This document shows positions 60,466 to 64,000 of a stretch of DNA of 64,000 nt, in pieces (position 1 is the first letter of the stretch; every line of letters starts with the position of its first letter). The position numbers and the translations under genes are program-made. The notes under the pieces are model-generated. The model had not been told where the DNA came from, made no database searches, and saw only the letters and a program-made list of their open reading frames with translations. This DNA is from Eledone cirrhosa (taxonomy: Eukaryota): contig OZ024741.1 in the NCBI GenBank assembly GCA_964016885.1, positions 277,574,001-277,638,000 on the forward strand, in the 5' to 3' direction.

Positions 60466-60554
60466 TATATACATACATACATGTGCGTGTTTATTTGTAC
60501 TCATTTAGGAATATATAGACACACACATGCAGACATATACACATACACACACAC

Positions 60555-60613
<59 letters not shown>

Positions 60614-60934
60614 TTGATGTGTGTGTGTGCATGTGTGAGTGTGTGTATGTGTAAGCGATTACAAATGACTATCTACAACCCTACCCCCCCCCCTACACCC
60701 ACCGACCCCCTACACACTCACCTATCAATCAACATACAGTATCAATATGTTCAAATATGTAAAATCTTTAAGTAAATTGATCGAATAAAATTGAGATTTA
60801 TATCAAAGTTGGACTGTCAGAATATTTTATTTTTGACACGCTTGATTGATGACGAACTGTTGCTGCTTCATTTCTAATGTTTGCCTGTCTGTGCGTCTGT
60901 TTGCTTGTCTGTATGTCTGTATGTCTTTGTCTGC

Positions 60935-60989
<55 letters not shown>

Positions 60990-61012
60990 ACTCTCTCTCT
61001 CTGTCTCTCTAT

Positions 61013-61053
<41 letters not shown>

Positions 61054-61204
61054 TTAACTTGATCTATCTTCTCTTCGGTTACTCACATGTGCCATTGTCC
61101 TGTGTTCCCCCTTCTATCGGTATGTTTACTTCATTTTTTTCCTTCTTTTCTTCTCCCCTTTTTTCTTTCTTTCCCTCATCGCTTTTTGATAGTTAAAAGG
61201 CCAT

Positions 61205-61292
61205 GGGCGCGCTATGGATAGATGTTCTGTTTATAATGCGCCGAAACATCCATGATCCGTAGTAAACAGCTGACGAAGGGAAACTTTCCTTC
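61205..61292 (+). ncRNA. Rearranged (non-circularly permuted) hammerhead-like motif, best-preserved copy
   Basis: gatGT-T-ctgtttat-aatgcgcc-GAA-acatc-catgatccgta-gtaaacag-CTGACGA-aggg; stem III 5 bp, stem I 8 bp. Confidence 0.7.
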
Positions 61293-61790
61293 TCTTGTTT
61301 GTGTCGCCTTACCTTCTAACACTCGTTATCAGTACCCACACAAGCCTCGCCTTCCTCAATCCTTATTTTTGTATATATATATATATATATATACTCATTA
61401 ATGTATGTAATTTCAGTGAGGGAAATGAAGGTACAATTCATCGCAATGGTGCCCCTACGTCTCTACCGGGAGTTGCGGGACCGTACCATCCTAGTACATT
61501 TGATAAACTCCGTCGTCATCTCTGAAACGAGTGGGGTATAAACCAAAATTGAAGTCTAAAATGTCGTTGTTCTCACTACCATTTTGTCTGGATTTCAGTC
61601 CTGAACTCCGTATCGCACACACATAAATCATCTAGATGTGTTCCACTATGGTTGCCTTCATGCCTTCATATAAATTGGGCTTACACACTTGAGTATCTCA
61701 TATATAGTCAGCTTCAGTGTGGTAAAAGGAGTATATGAACCGAACTAATGACCACGTAGCCATGCGCTTTCATGTGTGTGTGTGTGTGTG

Positions 61791-61937
<147 letters not shown>

Positions 61938-62024
61938 TCTTCAGGTCCGAAACTCTTGCATGAGGAGGGCTTCATCTCGGCTGTCAAGCTCCCCTGAGAA
62001 TTACTTAATATATATCATTATCTT

Positions 62025-62850
62025 TACGATCTGAGTTCAAATCCCGCCATGGTTAACTTTGCCTTTCATCCTTACGGAGGTCGATAAAATAAAGTACCAG
62101 TAATGTACTGGGTAATTGCTGGCCTTGTGCTAAAAGTAGAAACAATTATATGGCTTATAGACAATGCCCCGTCCTCTCCCTCACAGCACTGTCTTAAAAT
62201 ATTCCAGAATATTTTGATCAGACAAAGCATTAGAAGTTCTTTCCCCTGATTTCATCTTTTCAACTGAACTCCCTTGAAGAGGTTTCGGCCTTGTAATTGC
62301 CTACTATAGTGATAAGAGTTCTTTCCCTTGATTAAGTAAGTTTATTTTTGCTATTTGGGTAGTTTTAATGTAGTTAACTCCCGTACCAAAAAATTGTTTT
62401 ATAGCCGGTAATGTTTTCTAATTTAGGCACAAGGCCAGCTAAGTTGATTAAATCAACCCCGGTATTTGACTGGTACTTTATTTTATCGAGCCCGGAAGGA
62501 TGAAAGTCAAAGTTGACCTCGGCAGGATTTGATCTCAGTATGTGAAAACTCAGAAAAAATAACCAAATGGTTTTTATCCGACACTCTACCAATTCTGCCA
62601 ATCCACAATTTATAGTCAGTGTTAATAATTATTGCTAGAAATAATGGTTTCTTATATAGACACAAGGCCAGCAATTTGGGGGAGGGGGGGAGTGATTAAA
62701 TCGCCCTAGTGTGTGACTGGTACTTTATTTTATCGAGCCCGTAAGGATGAAAGGCAAAGTTAACCTCGGTGGGATTTGAACTCAGATCATAAAGGGTCGT
62801 AACTCTATGCTGCAAAGCATGGCGTCCGACCCTCTACTGATACTGCCAAT
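62025..62850. mobile_element. Three tRNA-derived SINE copies (62025-62145 +, 62420-62602 -, 62655-62850 -)
   Basis: Shared core ggtactttattttatcga..aaagttaacctcgg..gatttga. Confidence 0.85.
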
Positions 62851-62911
62851 CCACCGCCCTATTATTGCCAGAAATAATAAACACATAGAGTGTGTTGTAG
62901 CACACAATGTG

Positions 62912-62913
<2 letters not shown>

Positions 62914-62943
<30 letters not shown>

Positions 62944-64000
62944 CTTCTTCTTCTTCTTCTTCTTCTTCTTCTTCCTGAGAGGGTCGTGGGGTCAGAGTCC
63001 TCAAACATTCATTCCAACAGGTCCTGTCAGAAGCAACCGTCTCCTACTGATCCGGTTGGATCCCCAAGAGAGACCAGCCAAGCTCATGGATTTATCCAAC
63101 CATCTTGCTCGGAGTCTAGACCTGGGTCTCTTGCCGTTTCGTTTTACCCGTAAAATCTGTCCAGTGATTCTTTCTTGAGACATTCTAAACACATCCCCAT
63201 AGTATCGGAGCTGTGATCTCTCAAGTAGCGGCTCTACCAGGAGTGTCTCTCTGATCTCCGAGCTAAGCATTCTATCGAGTAACGTTACTCTAAAGACCCT
63301 TCAGATGAACCCCATTTCGGCCGCTTGTATTCGCGATTGTATTCTTTGGGTCATTACCCAAGATTCATGACTATAGGTAAGGGTTGACACGAATACTGAA
63401 TTGAAGATAGCGAGTTTGGCTTTTACACCTACTTCCCTTCTTCTCACTACCGAATGCTGAAGCTGGCGCATTACTGCACCAGCTCCTGTAATTCTAGCAC
63501 TTAATTCAGCCTCCTGCTTTCCATCACTCATGAACACGTCCCCGAGATACTTGAACTTTTCTACCTACTTCAGTGGAACATTAAGAGAGTACTGCGCAAG
63601 CTTCCTTTAGAGGACGAGTGTCTCAGTTTTCGCAGCACTGAATTTCATTCCAGCCATGCAGCACTTGGCATCAAACCTATCAAGTGCAAGTCAAAGATCA
63701 CCTTCAGTCGAATTAATTAACAAAATGTCGTCTGCAAACTCCAGCCGACTGATTTTACATCTGCCAGTCGTGATACCACTTATAACCCGGCTGCGCATGT
63801 CAATCCTGTTCATGAAAATAATGAACAGGGGAGGTGACAGTATGCACTCTTAGCGAAGTTGACTCCCACATTGAATGGTTTCGATTTAGCACTATTTATC
63901 CGAACACAAATACTCGAGCATTCGTATAGAGACATCAGGGCAGCAAGAAGCTGACCGTCGATCCCATACTCCTGCACAACCTTATACAACAGGTCCCGTG
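62914..64000 (-). mobile_element. RTE-like LINE (RT C-terminal half), runs off the window end
   Basis: FADDI, FKYLG, STLTYSHESW, RSQLRYYG..RPRSRLRARWLD; (GAA)n tail; frameshifts and stops. Confidence 0.88.

Overview
Repeat-saturated, AT-rich animal genomic DNA; the SINE and microsatellite profile suggests a cephalopod such as Octopus (inference). The only host gene I can support is the last coding exon of a CCK/sulfakinin-type GPCR (32044-32618, +), with no upstream exon recognised in the preceding 32 kb. The rest is microsatellites, tRNA-derived SINEs, LINE remnants (RTE, Tx1/L1-like, R4/Dong-like), two decayed Penelope-like elements (RT + GIY-YIG) and Helitron-like fragments. The main hidden structure is RNA-level: about 30 hammerhead ribozyme (HHR) motifs from many unrelated families, many inside asymmetric head-to-head inverted repeats set in (TA)n tracts. 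They include U3-A8 core variants and a 7-copy family in which the three hammerhead strands occur in a non-circularly permuted order with covarying stems. All pairings were read by eye; none is experimentally or computationally validated.
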